A model generated the notes under the pieces. It was not told where the DNA came from, searched no databases, and saw only the letters and a program-made list of their open reading frames with translations. 64,000 nt of DNA from Octopus vulgaris (lineage: Eukaryota): positions 183,830,001-183,894,000 of the forward strand of contig OX597814.1 of assembly GCA_951406725.2 (NCBI GenBank). The letters are read 5' to 3'. The position numbers and the translations under genes were made by a program. Below, one piece after another: positions 26,903 to 39,964 of this stretch (its first letter is position 1; the number at the start of each line of letters is the position of its first letter).

Positions 26903-27249
26903 GAAGGCGCATGGCTCAGTGGTTAGAGCGTCGAGCTTACGATCGTGAGGTTGTGAGTTCGATTCCCGGACCGGGCTGTGTGTTGTGTTTTTGAGCAAGA
27001 CACTTTATTTTACGTTGCTCCAGTTTACTCAGCTGTGGAAATGAGTTGCGACATCACAGGTGGCAAGCTGTATCGGCCTTTGGTTTTTCCTTGGATAATA
27101 TCGGCGGTGGGGGGAGGGGAGGCTGTTATGCATGGGTGACTGCTGGTCTTCCATAAAAACAACCCTAGGTTGTGCGTTCGCCGGTGAGGCGACTGTCCGG
27201 AGGGGAACCACTTAGGTGCACCCATGGTCATTCGTGACCGACGGAGTCG
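26903..27249 (+). mobile_element. SINE family E
   Basis: tRNA-like head TGGCTCAGTGGTTAGAGCG..GAGTTCGATTCCC; homologous to 52534-52852. Confidence 0.88.
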
Positions 27250-27313
27250 AGTTTTTATAAGTATGTATGTATGTATGTATGTATGTATGTATGTATGTAT
27301 GTATGTATGTATG

Positions 27314-27352
<39 letters not shown>

Positions 27353-27489
27353 GTTCAACTTAAAAACGGTAATTTGCAGAATAATGATCAGGACTGAAAC
27401 ATATAATAGAATCAATGTAACCCACAACATCGCTGAAGCCAAGTTTAAAAGTATTAATAGTGTATAATTTAAGATTATATAAATATATA

Positions 27490-27870
27490 GGCGTAGGAGT
27501 GGCTGTGTGGTAAGTAGCTTGCTTACGAACCATATGGTTCCGGGTTCAGTCCCGCTGCGTGAAACCTTGGGCAAGTGTCTTCTAATATAGCCTCGGACCG
27601 ATCAAAGCCTTATGAGTGGATTTGGTAGACGGAAACTGAAAGAAGCCCGTCGTAAATATGTATATATATATATTTATATGTATGTGTGTCTGTATTTGTC
27701 CCCACAACATCGCTTGACAACCGATGCTGGTGTGTTTACGTCCCCGTAAAGAGAGCGATAGAATAAGTACTAGGCTTACAAAGAATAAGCCCTGGGATAG
27801 ATTTGCTCGACTAAAGGCGGTGCTCCAGCATGGCCATAGTCAAATCACTGAAACAAGTAAAAGAGTAAAA
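27490..27870 (+). mobile_element. SINE family A
   Basis: Starts GGCGTAGGAGTGGCTGTGTGG and ends AAGTAAAAGAGTAAAA. Confidence 0.9.
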
Positions 27871-28229
27871 GTGTATACATATACAAATGTGTTTGTGTGT
27901 GTATACGAGAAAGTCCTGAAAACCTCTTGGCTTTGGTTGATAGAAAATACAGGAGGGTCAGTTTATTATGATCTTGTTCAACATATTTTTCTCTCTCACA
28001 ACCACAGAATTTTTGCAGCGGTACTTCAGTTTCTCTAAGCTCCGTAAAAGTATTAACATATTGTTAATTCTGTGTAAGACGTGTTTCATTACAGGATAGG
28101 AGTTACAATCCATACACATGTAGAAAACATGTATGCAATTTACTATTTGTAATCCATAAGATAAAGTTTGAAAAATAATACGAAGGCACAGCTTCGATTA
28201 TAACCCATTCTATATAATACATGTTTATA

Positions 28230-28410
28230 TGCACAACCGCTAACTCCAAAAGTTTTTTTTAAATTCTCTGTTTATTTCTTCGTGTTCCTTTCTGTTGAAG
28301 AGCATAGGCTCGAAACGTAAAAGACTTTCTCACCTTCCCGAGCGTCAAACTAAATACACCTACTTGTTTATAAAACTGTCTTCGTCTTTTGATTTTCTGT
28401 AAATCTCAAC
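28230..28410 (+). mobile_element. Repeat F copy with hammerhead-like core
   Basis: CTGTTGAAGAGCATAGGCTCGAAACGTAAAAGAC starting at 28292. Confidence 0.7.
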
Positions 28411-28433
28411 TATGTATGTATATATATATATAT

Positions 28434-29688
28434 ATATGTTAATAAAATAGAACATATGCATATATATAAACATATATGTACGTACCTACCTCTACATGTA
28501 CATATACACGCATATATGTGTACAGGACACCAAAAAGACGTCGAACACATAGAGAGACGAAAAACATAGACACAAACCAAGGAACAGGACAAGCAAAAAA
28601 GAAAAAAAAGAGATACAGGACAATAAGCACAACGAAAAATCCCCTTCTTCAGTCGCTAAGGTTTAATCTACTCTACGTTTCGAAGGATAAAAGCGAGACG
28701 TATACTTCGAAGAAACTTCCTTCCTGCGAAAAGCAAATCAATTAAAATTCTGAGATCTTTTCGCAGAGGGGTAAAAAATGGTAAAAAACAAGACGGTAAC
28801 GACAGTGCAAACATATAAACAGTAAAAAAAAAAAATTATATATAAACAGTTGAAAAATAAATATATAACAGTGAGAGACAGGACAAGGAGAACAAGATAA
28901 GAAGGGCCGTTTACGCCAGACGAAAAAAGTAATGCAAACGCTGGATTATAGTGGACGACGAGAGAGAAAGAATGTCGACCAGTGGCCTTAGAAGGCGGGC
29001 GAGAAAAGACAGGATAGCAGTTACGACGGAAGTATCGTCGCAGATGGACGACGGGAATGGGGGAGGAGGAGCAAGAGGAAGAGAGAGAAGAAGGGGATTG
29101 GTGCGAGGAGACCATGAAGAATTGTGAGGGGGAGAGAGAGAATGAAGAATGAGAGAGAGAGGAAGAGACAAGTTAAGTGAGGGAAAAAGGACGAAAAAGG
29201 GAATGGGAGAGAAAGAAAGAAAGATGCAGAGTCGCGTGAGAGTTAATATCAAGGCTAAATTGATAAACAGAACAATCTTACTTAATAGGGTGCGTGCGTT
29301 TAGTCGTATAATATGTTAATAAAATAGAACATATGCATATATATAAACATATATGTACGTACCTACCTCTACATGTACATATACACGCATATATGTGTAC
29401 AGGACACCAAAAAGACGTCGAACACATAGAGAGACGAAAAACATAGACACAAACCAAGGAACAGGACAAGCAAAAAAGAAAAAAAGAGATACAGGACAAT
29501 AAGCACAACGAAAAATCCCCTTCTTCAGTCGCTAAGGTTTAATCTACTCTACGTTTCGAAGGATAAAAGCGAGACGTATACTTCGAAGAAACTTCCTTCC
29601 TGCGAAAAGCAAATCAATTAAAATTCTGAGATCTTTTCGCAGAGGGGTAAAAAATGGTAAAAAACAAGACGGTAACGACAGTACAAAC
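28434..29688 (-). mobile_element. Non-coding element with ~378-bp near-identical direct repeats (Penelope pLTR-like partial tandem)
   Basis: 28434-28813 is repeated at 29311-29688 with about 2 differences; purine-rich spacer; (TA)n on both flanks. Confidence 0.6.
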
Positions 29689-29697
29689 AAGTACATA

Positions 29698-29749
<52 letters not shown>

Positions 29750-29760
29750 TATATATATAC

Positions 29761-29849
<89 letters not shown>

Positions 29850-29854
<5 letters not shown>

Positions 29855-30071
29855 ATCCCTCCCTCGCCATATCGTGGTTCACCTATCGCGGTTTATTATT
29901 TAAGCTTACGTCGATTCCTGTGTGGAGTTGTTCTGCATTTATAATAAAATAAATACATACAAATTATGTATGTATAAAAATATACAGTACAGTTCTGTTT
30001 GTACTTCGCGGATTTTCAGCTATCGCTGGGGTTTTGGCAGTGTAACACCCGCGATAGTCGAGGGATTACTG
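29850..30071. mobile_element. Pogo/Tigger-like MITE
   Basis: AGTAATCCCTC..CTATCGCGG pairs with CCGCGATAGTCGAGGGATTACTG|TA. Confidence 0.7.
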
Positions 30072-30147
30072 TACATATATATATATATATATATACATAT
30101 ATATATAAGCAATAATAAATAATAATAAATCGAAAACCGGTAATTGT

Positions 30148-30192
30148 CGTACGCTGATGACAAGTCAAATCCTAGAAACTGCAGTCCGTGCG
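30148..30192 (+). ncRNA. Minimal type-I hammerhead ribozyme motif (weakened stem II)
   Basis: CGTACG-CTGATGA-caagtcaaatccta-GAAA-CTGCAG-TC-CGTGCG: 6-bp stem I, intact core, palindromic stem III ACTGCAGT. Confidence 0.72.
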
Positions 30193-30350
30193 TACCACTT
30201 AGGTTGACGAGGGAAGGGTGACCTCCCTTTGCAAATACCATAAGGGTACAGAAAGTGTGCCTAAAGCCAGCTGGAGACGATGTTCTCCTGGGACTACAAG
30301 CTACAGTAACACCCACTTAGTGGTTAGCCATATTGAGATGGCAAGTATAC

Positions 30351-30458
<108 letters not shown>

Positions 30459-31327
30459 GAAAGAGAGAAAGAGAGCGAGAGAGAGAGATATGCAGTGTAA
30501 GTGTGTGGGGATGTCCACAATACGCTGTTGATAAGGATATCTGCGGGAATTTTATTATATTTTTGGGAAGTTCTATAGGTACTGCTGAAACAGTGCCATT
30601 TGGTAGTTTAATCTAGGGAGCACCTTTTCAAGCGATACATACCAGAACATTTGAAGTCATCATTGGCAACGGAGCATGTCACTACGCCTAGATATTACGG
30701 ATATACACAAAGCACGGATATACACAAGCACATATACACACACGCCTACACGCTCGTACGTACACACACACGCAAGCATACGAACATAAACCTGAATTTT
30801 TCTCTTATGTTCAAAGCTTTACTCTGTCCCACTCACACATTAATTTCTATTGACGAGTAATAATTTCTAAACGGTGATATATATATGAAAGTAGAATAGT
30901 GTGAAATATTGTGACGACTTCCTTGGTGATGCCTCCTCTTCGCATCATTCCACGGCAGATTATATACATTCTCGCGTAAATACACATTAAAAGACTGATC
31001 TGTATATCATAAGACGGATTGATATCAATCAATGACTTCCTTCCGGTAGTTCCTGTAGTCAGACTGGTGCCAGACGTATGAACCTGCAGCTCTAACTACC
31101 CATGGAATTAGTGTCTGACGCCTGGAAAACATAGGATCTCCGCGAAATAAAGATTAAATTTTTCCTGTGCTTTCGGTGTGTTGTAGAGCTGTGCCTATTT
31201 ATAAATATAAATACTTACGTATGTACGTACACACACACGCTCACACACAGAGGCTCACACGCACACGTGTATATATATATATGAAGAGTTGCAGAGAAGA
31301 AGGGTGAAAGAAAGAGTTAAACACATA

Positions 31328-31401
<74 letters not shown>
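31328..31401. repeat. (TATC)n tract 5' of the LINE array
   Basis: Directly visible. Confidence 0.95.
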
Positions 31402-31402
<1 letters not shown>

Positions 31403-32480
31403 TGGCACCGCGAGTGTCGCGTTGCTCTCAAGCAACTCTGCCGTCCTGGGTCGACCTTAAGTGACTTCAACACAACCAAAGCATTCTATAGGGGTTTAGT
31501 GGAGGGGAGGTACGACGACGAGCTCGGGGCGAACCTGGACGTCGACGAGGAGTACCTGACCCGCCTGTTCAGGACGACTTTCGGGCCAGGGCCCATGGAC
31601 AACTTCCAGAGATCCCTGGCCTGGCAGTGCTACCGAGAAGCGCTACCCGTTCGGGATAAGCTCTACAGACACGGCTCGAGAAACACGGGGCCGACCTGCC
31701 CGAGATGCGGTCAGAGCGACGAAACCGTTCTGCACGCACTCGTTCAGTGTCCAACAATTTCCGACCTGTGGGCTTATGTCGAACAACTGCTGTCACGTGT
31801 GGGACGAGTCGGTTTATCAGCTGAGTCTATCGTCAATATTGTCACGCCTCCTTCCTTCAAACGGGAAGGAAGAGCTATTTTCATCATCCTTGTGGCTATG
31901 GCGAAAGAATGTATCTGGTGGACGCGTCTGAAAGGATTGGAGACAAACACTTTCCTCTCTGGTCAATCTCTCATCAACTTCTTCAAGTACCACTTGAAAA
32001 GGAAAGTGAGAGTAGAGAGGCAAGTTTTGTCTAGCGAATGTTTTAAAAAAAGATGGGTGAATGTAGCAAGAATGGCACGTATGAATGACGAAGCCACCTT
32101 GAGCATAGTCCTATGAACCCAGAAATCGAAAACAGAGAGTTGCTTATTTGCAAAAAAAAAAAAAAAAGAAATATAAAATGTGACATCATTGACCGAGGTT
32201 ACCGTGGTCTTTTCCGTAGGCTTTTCTTTGCACGGGTAAACCTCACCTGTCCTCCCCTTTACACTTCATATTGACATTTCTGTGATAACGATCCCTATTG
32301 ATCAATTTTTTTTCCTCCCCCCTTTTTTTTGTCCTCTTTCTCTCCTTTTACGATCCCTTTTGATCGAAACTCCCCTTCCTTTTTTTTTTTTTTTTTTTTT
32401 TTTCTTAAACCTTCAAAAGAAAAGCTCTACCTTGTAATTTGTTCTATCTGTGTGCAGCCCTGTGTGGCTAATAAAGAAAC
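31402..32480 (+). mobile_element. Tx1/L1-clade LINE copy 1 (5'-truncated; ORF2 C-terminus open to the stop at 32116)
   Basis: Zinc finger CPRCGQSDETVLHALVQC; T-rich 3' UTR ending AATAAAGAAAC followed by (TATC)n. Confidence 0.88.
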
Positions 32481-32481
32481 A

Positions 32482-32561
<80 letters not shown>

Positions 32562-32576
32562 AATCTACCTACATAC

Positions 32577-32634
<58 letters not shown>

Positions 32635-33246
32635 GAAGGAAGAGCTATTTTTATCATACTTGTGGCTATGGCGAAAGAATGTATCTGGTGGACGCGTCTG
32701 AAAGGATTAGAGACAAACACTTTCCTCTCTGGTCAATCTCTCATCAACTTCTTCAAGTATCACTTGAAGAAGAAAGTGAGAGTAGAGAGGCAAGTTTTGT
32801 CTAGTGAATGTTTTAAAAAAAGATGGCACGTATGAATGACGAAGCCACCTTGACTATGATTCTATGAACCGTAAAAATTAATACAGAGAGTTGCTTATTT
32901 GCAAAAAAAAAAAAAAAAGAAATATAACATGTTACTTCATTGACCGAGGTTACCGTGGTCTTTTCCGTAGGCTTTTCTTTCCACGGGTAAACCTCACCTG
33001 TCCTCCCCTTTACACTTCATATTGACATTTCTGTGATAACGATCCCTATTGATCAATTTTTTTCCTCTCCCCCTTTTTTTATAACCCCCCTTTTTTTGTC
33101 CTCTTTCTCTCCTTTTACGATCCCTTTTGATCGACCCCCCCTTTTTTTTTATTTAAAAAAAAAATTTTTTTTTTACCTTCAAAAGAAAAGCTCTACCTTG
33201 TAATTTGTTCTATCTGTGTGCAGCCCTGTGTGGCTAATAAAGAAAC
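32635..33246 (+). mobile_element. Tx1/L1-clade LINE copy 2 (shortest)
   Basis: Homologous to 31865-32480; small deletion between two ATGG microhomologies near 32823; same 3' end. Confidence 0.88.
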
Positions 33247-33247
33247 A

Positions 33248-33305
<58 letters not shown>

Positions 33306-33314
33306 CATATTTAC

Positions 33315-33364
<50 letters not shown>

Positions 33365-33524
33365 GTCTATCTGTCTATCTATCTATCTATCTACCTACAT
33401 ACCTACCTATCTATCTATCTATCTATCTATCTGTCTATCTATCTATCTATATATATATATCTATCTATCTATCTATCTATCTATCTACCTACCTACATAC
33501 CTACCTACCTACCTACCTATCTAC

Positions 33525-33581
<57 letters not shown>

Positions 33582-33582
<1 letters not shown>

Positions 33583-35020
33583 CATCACCAAACTACAACG
33601 CATTCTCTTTCGCTTCTTGTGGAAAGGATGCGTCCCGATGGTCAGGCGATCCATTTGCTGTCAACACCCGTTAAAAGGAGGACTGGGCATGCCGTGGTTG
33701 ATGATGCGCAGACACGCGCTGAGACTGCGACATCTCAGGCTCTTCGTAGACGACGGTGAACAGGTGTGGTCGCCGTTTGTGAGGCACGCTTCCCGCAGCT
33801 CGTCTCCATGACCGAACTGCAGTCGTGGATCAAAAAGAGGCCGAGGAAGAGCGAATGGCACCGCGAGTGTCGCGTTGCTCTCAAGCAACTCTGCCGTCCT
33901 GGGTCGACCTTGAGTGACTTCAACACAACCAAAGCATTCTATAGGGGATTAGTGAAGGGGAGGTACGACGAGCTCGGGGCGAACCTGGACGTCGACGAGG
34001 AGTACCTGACCTGCCTGTTCAGGACGACTTTCGGGCCAGGGCCCATGGACAACTTCCAGAGATCCCTGGCCTGGCAGTGCTACCGAGAAGCGCTTCCCGT
34101 TCGGGATAAGCTCTACAGACACGGCTCGAGAAACACGGGGCCGACCTGCCCGAGATGCGGTCAGAGCGACGAAACCGTTCTGCACGCACTCGTGCAGTGT
34201 CCAACAATTTCCGACCTGTGGGCTTATGTCGAACAACTGCTGTCACGTGTGGGACGAGTCGGTTTATCAGCTGAGTCTATCGTCAATATTGTCACGCCTC
34301 CTTCCTTCAAACGGGAAGAAAGAGCTATTTTCATCATCCTTGTGGCTATGGCGAAAGAATGTATCTGGTGGACGCGTCTGAAAGGATTGGAGACAAACAC
34401 TTTCCTCTCTGGTCAATCTCTCATCAACTTCTTCAAGTACCACTTGAAAAGGAAAGTGAGAGTAGAGAGGCAAGTTTTGTCTAGCGAATGTTTAAAAAAA
34501 AGATAGGTGAATGTAGCAAGGATGGCACGTATGATTGACGAAGCCACCTTGAGCATAATCCTATGAACCCAGAAATTTAAAACAGAGGGTTACCCACTTG
34601 CAAACAAATGTGGTAACATATAACAATATTGACCAAGGTTACCGTGGTCTTTTTCGTAGGCTTTTCTTCCCACGGATAAACCTTACTTGCTTTCCCCTTT
34701 ACACCATATATCATAACACTGTGATACACGATCCCTATTGATCGTTTTTTTCCTCTTTCCCTTTTTTCCCCTTTTTCTTCTTTTTTCATTTCTCTTTTCT
34801 TTTGTTCCTTTTCCTTTTCTTTTTTTCTTTTTCTTTTTTTCTTTTTTCTTTTATTTATTTTTTTTGTTCTTTTCTTCCCTTTTACGATCCCTCTTGATCG
34901 AAAACCTACGCCACCCTCTTTTTTTTCTTTTGTTTTTTGTTTTTTTCATCCCCCAAAAGAAAAGCTCTACCTTGTAACTTGTCCCATCTGTGTGCAGCCC
35001 TGTGTGGCCAATAAAGAAAC
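33582..35020 (+). mobile_element. Tx1/L1-clade LINE copy 3 (longest; frameshift near 33790, TGG>TAG at 34504)
   Basis: [17 protein letters not shown] motif plus the same zinc finger; ends AATAAAGAAAC followed by (TATC)n. Confidence 0.88.
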
Positions 35021-35081
<61 letters not shown>

Positions 35082-35088
35082 AATCTAC

Positions 35089-35133
35089 CTTATGAGCCAG
35101 GCGTGACTCAAGAAGGAACAAACAAAACAACAA
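35089..35133 (+). mobile_element. Isolated SINE C tail
   Basis: CTTATGAGCCAGGCGTGACTCAAGAAGGAACAAACAA matches 24511-24548. Confidence 0.7.
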
Positions 35134-35437
35134 TTTTAGGCACTTATTGACATTGCCTTCAGCACAGAATGCGTTCGAGTGTGCAACACCTTCGCGCTGA
35201 ATTCGTATTCAAGCATTTTTAATGTTTTCAATCAATTTTGGTCCCATGTATTTATGCTCATTTAGTTTATTGGAAACAGAGAATTGAGTGGCTGTGGTTG
35301 ATTTGAAAACTGTGACTACTTAACTGACGTTTCAACTCCATACAATTATCGTGGTGACTAGAGTGACTGCATTTTGTAATTCACATGCAAATAATAATCT
35401 AGCGAATTGAGAGTGACATCTCTACTGTAGATTAATA

Positions 35438-35650
35438 TTTTCTACTATAGGTACAAGGCCTGAAAGTTTGGGAGAAGGAGGCCAGTCGATTAGATCGACC
35501 CCAGTACGTAATTGGTACTTAATTTATCAACCCCGAAAGGATGAAGGACAAAGTCGATCCCGGTGGAATTTCAACTCAGAGCGTAGCGACAGGCGAAATA
35601 CCGCTTAGCATTTCGCCCAGCGTGCTAACGATTCTGCCAGCTCGCCGCCT
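35438..35650 (-). mobile_element. SINE B, short-tail subtype
   Basis: Full head; imperfect TSD TACTG(T/C)AGATTAAT. Confidence 0.88.
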
Positions 35651-36295
35651 TATCTGTACTGCAGATTAATTACTCAGGGTGCGTGTAGTACTGCGTTTTT
35701 CTTTAGGCCTTCTTTTAATTTCTCAACGCCATTGGTAAGTCAATTACAAGCTGTATATTTACATAGCAAGTGTATATTATATATCTATGCTCGGATGTTA
35801 TTTTGTTTCTGATTGTCTCCATCTCTGTGTTTAAATTGATTGTCTTTTTGGCAGCGAAAGTTACACTAAAGTGACACTATTTCTAGAAGTAAAGAGTCAC
35901 GTTGAAAACAATGGATACATCACACTAGATACAGACAAACGCAGGTGTCTAAATGGAGAAAGCGAATCCCCACAAACCCACATAATACCTATAATAACCT
36001 CGACTCATAACAGCCGGCTGATCTTAGGCGATCTGTGCTCCGGCAATCCCTACTCGCTCGACTCCTCCTTTTTTCATACTAATTATGTGTATTAAACCCT
36101 GCCAAGCTTTGTAGAAACTCACTAAAAAGCTGTAAACTCCTCCTTAATTACATCTTTCCTGCAAGTGTAAACTTACACTAGTTTAAGCGGAACATTAACG
36201 GCATCGGCATCATCCGTCTCAGAGGACTTTCCAGCAAAAGAAAATGAACACAAAATAGAGGCATGAAACTCGAATATATACAGGAGTACCCATAC

Positions 36296-36525
36296 GGCGG
36301 CGAGCTGGCAGAAACGTTAGCACGCCAGGCGAAATGCGTAGCCGTATTTCGTCTGTCGTTACGTTCTGAGTTCAAATTCCGCCGAGGTCGACTTTGCTTT
36401 TCATCCTTTCGGGGTCGATAAATTAAGTACCAGTTACGCACTGGAGTCGATGTAATCGACTTAATCCCTTTGTTTGTCCTTGTTTGTCCCCTCTGTGTTT
36501 AGTCCCTTGTGGGTAGTAAAGAAAT
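36296..36525 (+). mobile_element. SINE B monomer with 21-bp TSD
   Basis: ATATATACAGGAGTACCCATA at 36274-36294 and 36526-36546. Confidence 0.92.
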
Positions 36526-37392
36526 ATATATACAGGAGTACCCATATACCACACAGGTATTGGAAACTAAACAGTTTGAAACCTTCGTTTAATTAGAAAA
36601 CAGAAAGCGTGTAGAATTTCTTTGAAATGCCTTTTATAGTTTAAATGAATACCGCTACCATTTTTCGCCCATAAACTGTTGCGCGTGTTAGCTATTATTT
36701 TCAACGTGTTCTAGCTTCTGAATATGACAACCCTACTTTTTCGGGACGGTATATGCAACGAGTTCAGTTGAACGTGGTTCTGTGTATCGGGTCAGGTGAC
36801 GAATAACGAGAAAAACCAACTGACCCGTTTAATAAGATTGGTCTGAGATTGGATTTGATACGCTTATTATTACTTCAATAGTGCTTAAGTGCCTTGGAGG
36901 TAAATCTAAGTCAGATTATTTAATTGTATGTGGGCGTTTGGATATACATAAGCTTGAGGGTAAAGAAACCGTTACGACAGGAAAAAAAACAGCCGCAATG
37001 GAAGCATTAGCGGAAACAGTAGTAAAAGCAAAAACAGAGTGTGCGGCGTAGCAGTGATTGTCAGGTTTCACCTGCGGTGATCAATTGAGAGAGGTCGAGG
37101 AAGAAACTGTGTTGAACAAGCTAAATGGCGTCCAAAGATATTCTGATTTTACGCTCTGTTGGTAATTCTTCATTTAGCGCCGAAACCGTCTTGCTCGCTC
37201 TCGTTACTTCTCAGTTTTGCTTCTCCACTTGCCTCTCTTTCTCATTCGCTGGCTCGGTTTGTCTGTCTTTCTTTTCTGGTATATAATAATATACATTCAC
37301 TAAGTCGCACATATATGAGAAATATTACATGTATATATGCTTGTATGTGTGTATACATAAACACACACATATACACATACACATAACTGTAC

Positions 37393-37425
<33 letters not shown>

Positions 37426-38019
37426 TATATATATATACACACACACATATATATATATATACATACATACATACACTCATATATATATATATTATATATA
37501 TATACATATATATATACATACATATGTGTAGGTATGTGTGTAAGTAGGTGTGGAAATATGTATGTTTATATGTTTGCATGCATGCATGCAAAAGGTAAGA
37601 GAGAGAGAGAGAGAGAGAATCGAGGAAGTGAGATAGACGGAGACAGAGGGAGAAATATATATACGTATATACATATATACACACACACACACACAGAGTC
37701 CCGCAAGAAGTCACGTATATAACCTTGTTTTAAAGAGAGATATTAAGAAACAATTTCAGTAGCGGTACATAATAATAACGATTAATAGGATATCAAGGGA
37801 ATATATCAAAAAGGGATTAATTCAAAGTAATATTAAGAGCATTCACGGTAACTACTACTACTGCTACTGCTACTACTACTACTACTCTTTAATACTATTC
37901 TTGTACTCGTGCAACCACATTTCAGCTCAGATTGAAGCATGAGCGACGAAGTTTCGATCGTTACCATCTTGTCGTTTTGTATAACTGTTATTTACCTTTT
38001 TTCACTTAATTCCTTATCT

Positions 38020-38273
38020 TTATTCTTTATCTTCTATTAATTTTAGTCATTAGATTGCGGTCATGCTGGGACATCGTTTTGGATGATTTTAGTCGAACAA
38101 ATCGACCCGAGTACTTTTTTTTTTTTTTTAGAAAACTGGTACTTTGCCAAATCGCTAAGTTACGGGGACGTAAACAAACTAGCATCGGTTGTCAGGCGGT
38201 GCTGGGACACATACACACTCACACGCACAGACACGAAAAGACTCAGAGGCACACACACACACACACACACACT

Positions 38274-38321
<48 letters not shown>

Positions 38322-38496
38322 CACAACCAACGGGCTTCTGTCAGTTTCCCTATACGAAATCCACTAACAAGACTTTGGTTAAACCGAAGCGATGGTAGAA
38401 GACATTTTCCCAAGGTTTCACACAGTGGGACTGAATCTGAAATCATGTGATTGGCTTTGGGAAGCAAACGACTTACCACTTAATCACGCCTGCACC
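38020..38496 (-). mobile_element. Diverged SINE family A
   Basis: Colinear homology to the other A copies. Confidence 0.8.
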
Positions 38497-38625
38497 TAAA
38501 AAGAGTTGAACTCAGTGCAAGTCCCTTTACCCAGAATTATACCTTTTCTATCAGAAATTGAAACAGTAATGTAATAATCTCTACGGGCGTATATCGTTGA
38601 TTCTTTATCAGAAAAATACATTACA

Positions 38626-39050
38626 GGCGCAGGAGTGGCTGTGTGGTAAGTAGCTTGCTAACTAACCACATGGTTCCAGGTTCAGTCCCACTGCGTGGCA
38701 TCTTGGGCGAGTGTCTTCTGCTATAGCCCCGAGCCGACCAATGCCTTGTGAGTGGACTTGGTAGACGGAAACTGAAAGAAGCCTGTCGTATATATGTATA
38801 TATATATATATATGTGTGTATGTGTGTGTGTTTGTGTGTGTGTGTTTGTCCCCCTAGCATTACTTGACAACCGATGCTGGTGTGTTTACGTCTCCGTCAC
38901 TTAGCGGTTCGGCAAAAGAGACCGATAGAATAAGTACTGGGCTTACAAAGAATAAGTCCCGGGGTCGATTTGTTCGACTAAAGGCGGTGCTCCAGCATGG
39001 CCGCAGTCAAATGACTGAAACAAGTAAAAGAGTAAAAGAGTAAAAGAGAG
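38626..39050 (+). mobile_element. SINE family A (young, full length)
   Basis: Head GGCGCAGGAGTGGCTGTGTGG through to the (AAAGAGT)n tail. Confidence 0.92.
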
Positions 39051-39121
39051 TACTACTGTCGGCAATGGAAATTCAAATGGAATTTTAAAAGTTGGTTTAG
39101 TCGCTTTGAGCTTATATTCTA

Positions 39122-39490
39122 CTAGCAGTATCGCCCGGCGTTGCTCGGGTTTGTAAGGGAAATAACTATAAAGCATTTTTAGAGAGTTATAGCCAAAAAA
39201 TAGCAAAAAATGGAAAAAAAATGATAGTAAATTAAAAGGGTCGAGTTGCGTCCCCTAGACAGTCTGTGGTTTGTGTTTCTGATTCTCGACCCCATGTCGA
39301 ATTTATCGATTTTTTGAGAACTGGGGGAACTTTTCAAAATTTTTGCTGTGTTAGTTTTGAATTATGACATTGGGCTATGAGTGTGTCAAGTTTCATCAGA
39401 ATCGGTTGAAAGCCGTGGTCAGGGTGAGGGTACAACCTGACAGACACACAGACACACACACAGACAGACTGCCGTTTATATATAGAGAGA
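39122..39490 (-). mobile_element. Non-autonomous Helitron
   Basis: Minus strand reads A|TCTCTCTATATATAAAC...hairpin...CTAG|T, i.e. canonical TC/CTAG ends at an A-T site. Confidence 0.8.
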
Positions 39491-39564
39491 TATGGGACTG
39501 ACTACTAGTATTCGACAACAAAATCTGAAATGACTCTTTCGTTTCTGCTAGCTCGCCGCCTTTT

Positions 39565-39963
39565 TTTTTCCTACTTTAGGCACAAGGCCTGAAATTTTGG
39601 GTTAGGGGGACAGTCGATTAGATCGACCCCAGTACGCAACTGGTACTTAATTTATCCACCCCGCGAAAGGATGAAAGGCAAAATCGACCACGGCGGAATT
39701 TGAACTCAGAAAGTAACGACAGACGAAATACCTATTTCTTTACTACCCAGAAGGGGCTAAACACAGAGGGGACAAACAAGGACAGACAGACGGATTAAGT
39801 CGATTACATCTACCCCAGTGCATAACTGGTACTTAATTTATCCACCCCGCGAAAGGATGAAAGGCAAAGTCGACCTCAGCGGAATTTGAACTCACAACGT
39901 AACGGCAGACGAAATACCGCTAAGCATTTCGCCCGGTGTGCTAACGTTCCAACCAGCTCGCCG
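39565..39963 (-). mobile_element. SINE B heterodimer (long-tail unit then short-tail unit)
   Basis: Same architecture as 48885-49281. Confidence 0.88.
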
Positions 39964-39964
39964 T

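Noticed and set aside
26903-26975. tRNA gene candidates at SINE heads (also 22817, 24269, 54093, 57832)
   Set aside because: Each continues into a multi-copy SINE body, several with TSDs, and lacks a clean acceptor stem and poly-T terminator.
31289-32116. 275-aa ORF as a host gene
   Set aside because: A chance in-frame fusion of flank and (TATC)n to the truncated LINE ORF2; it has no ATG start.
37125-37167. Possible first coding exon MASKDILILRSV followed by GTAATT
   Set aside because: Too short, with no supporting downstream exons.
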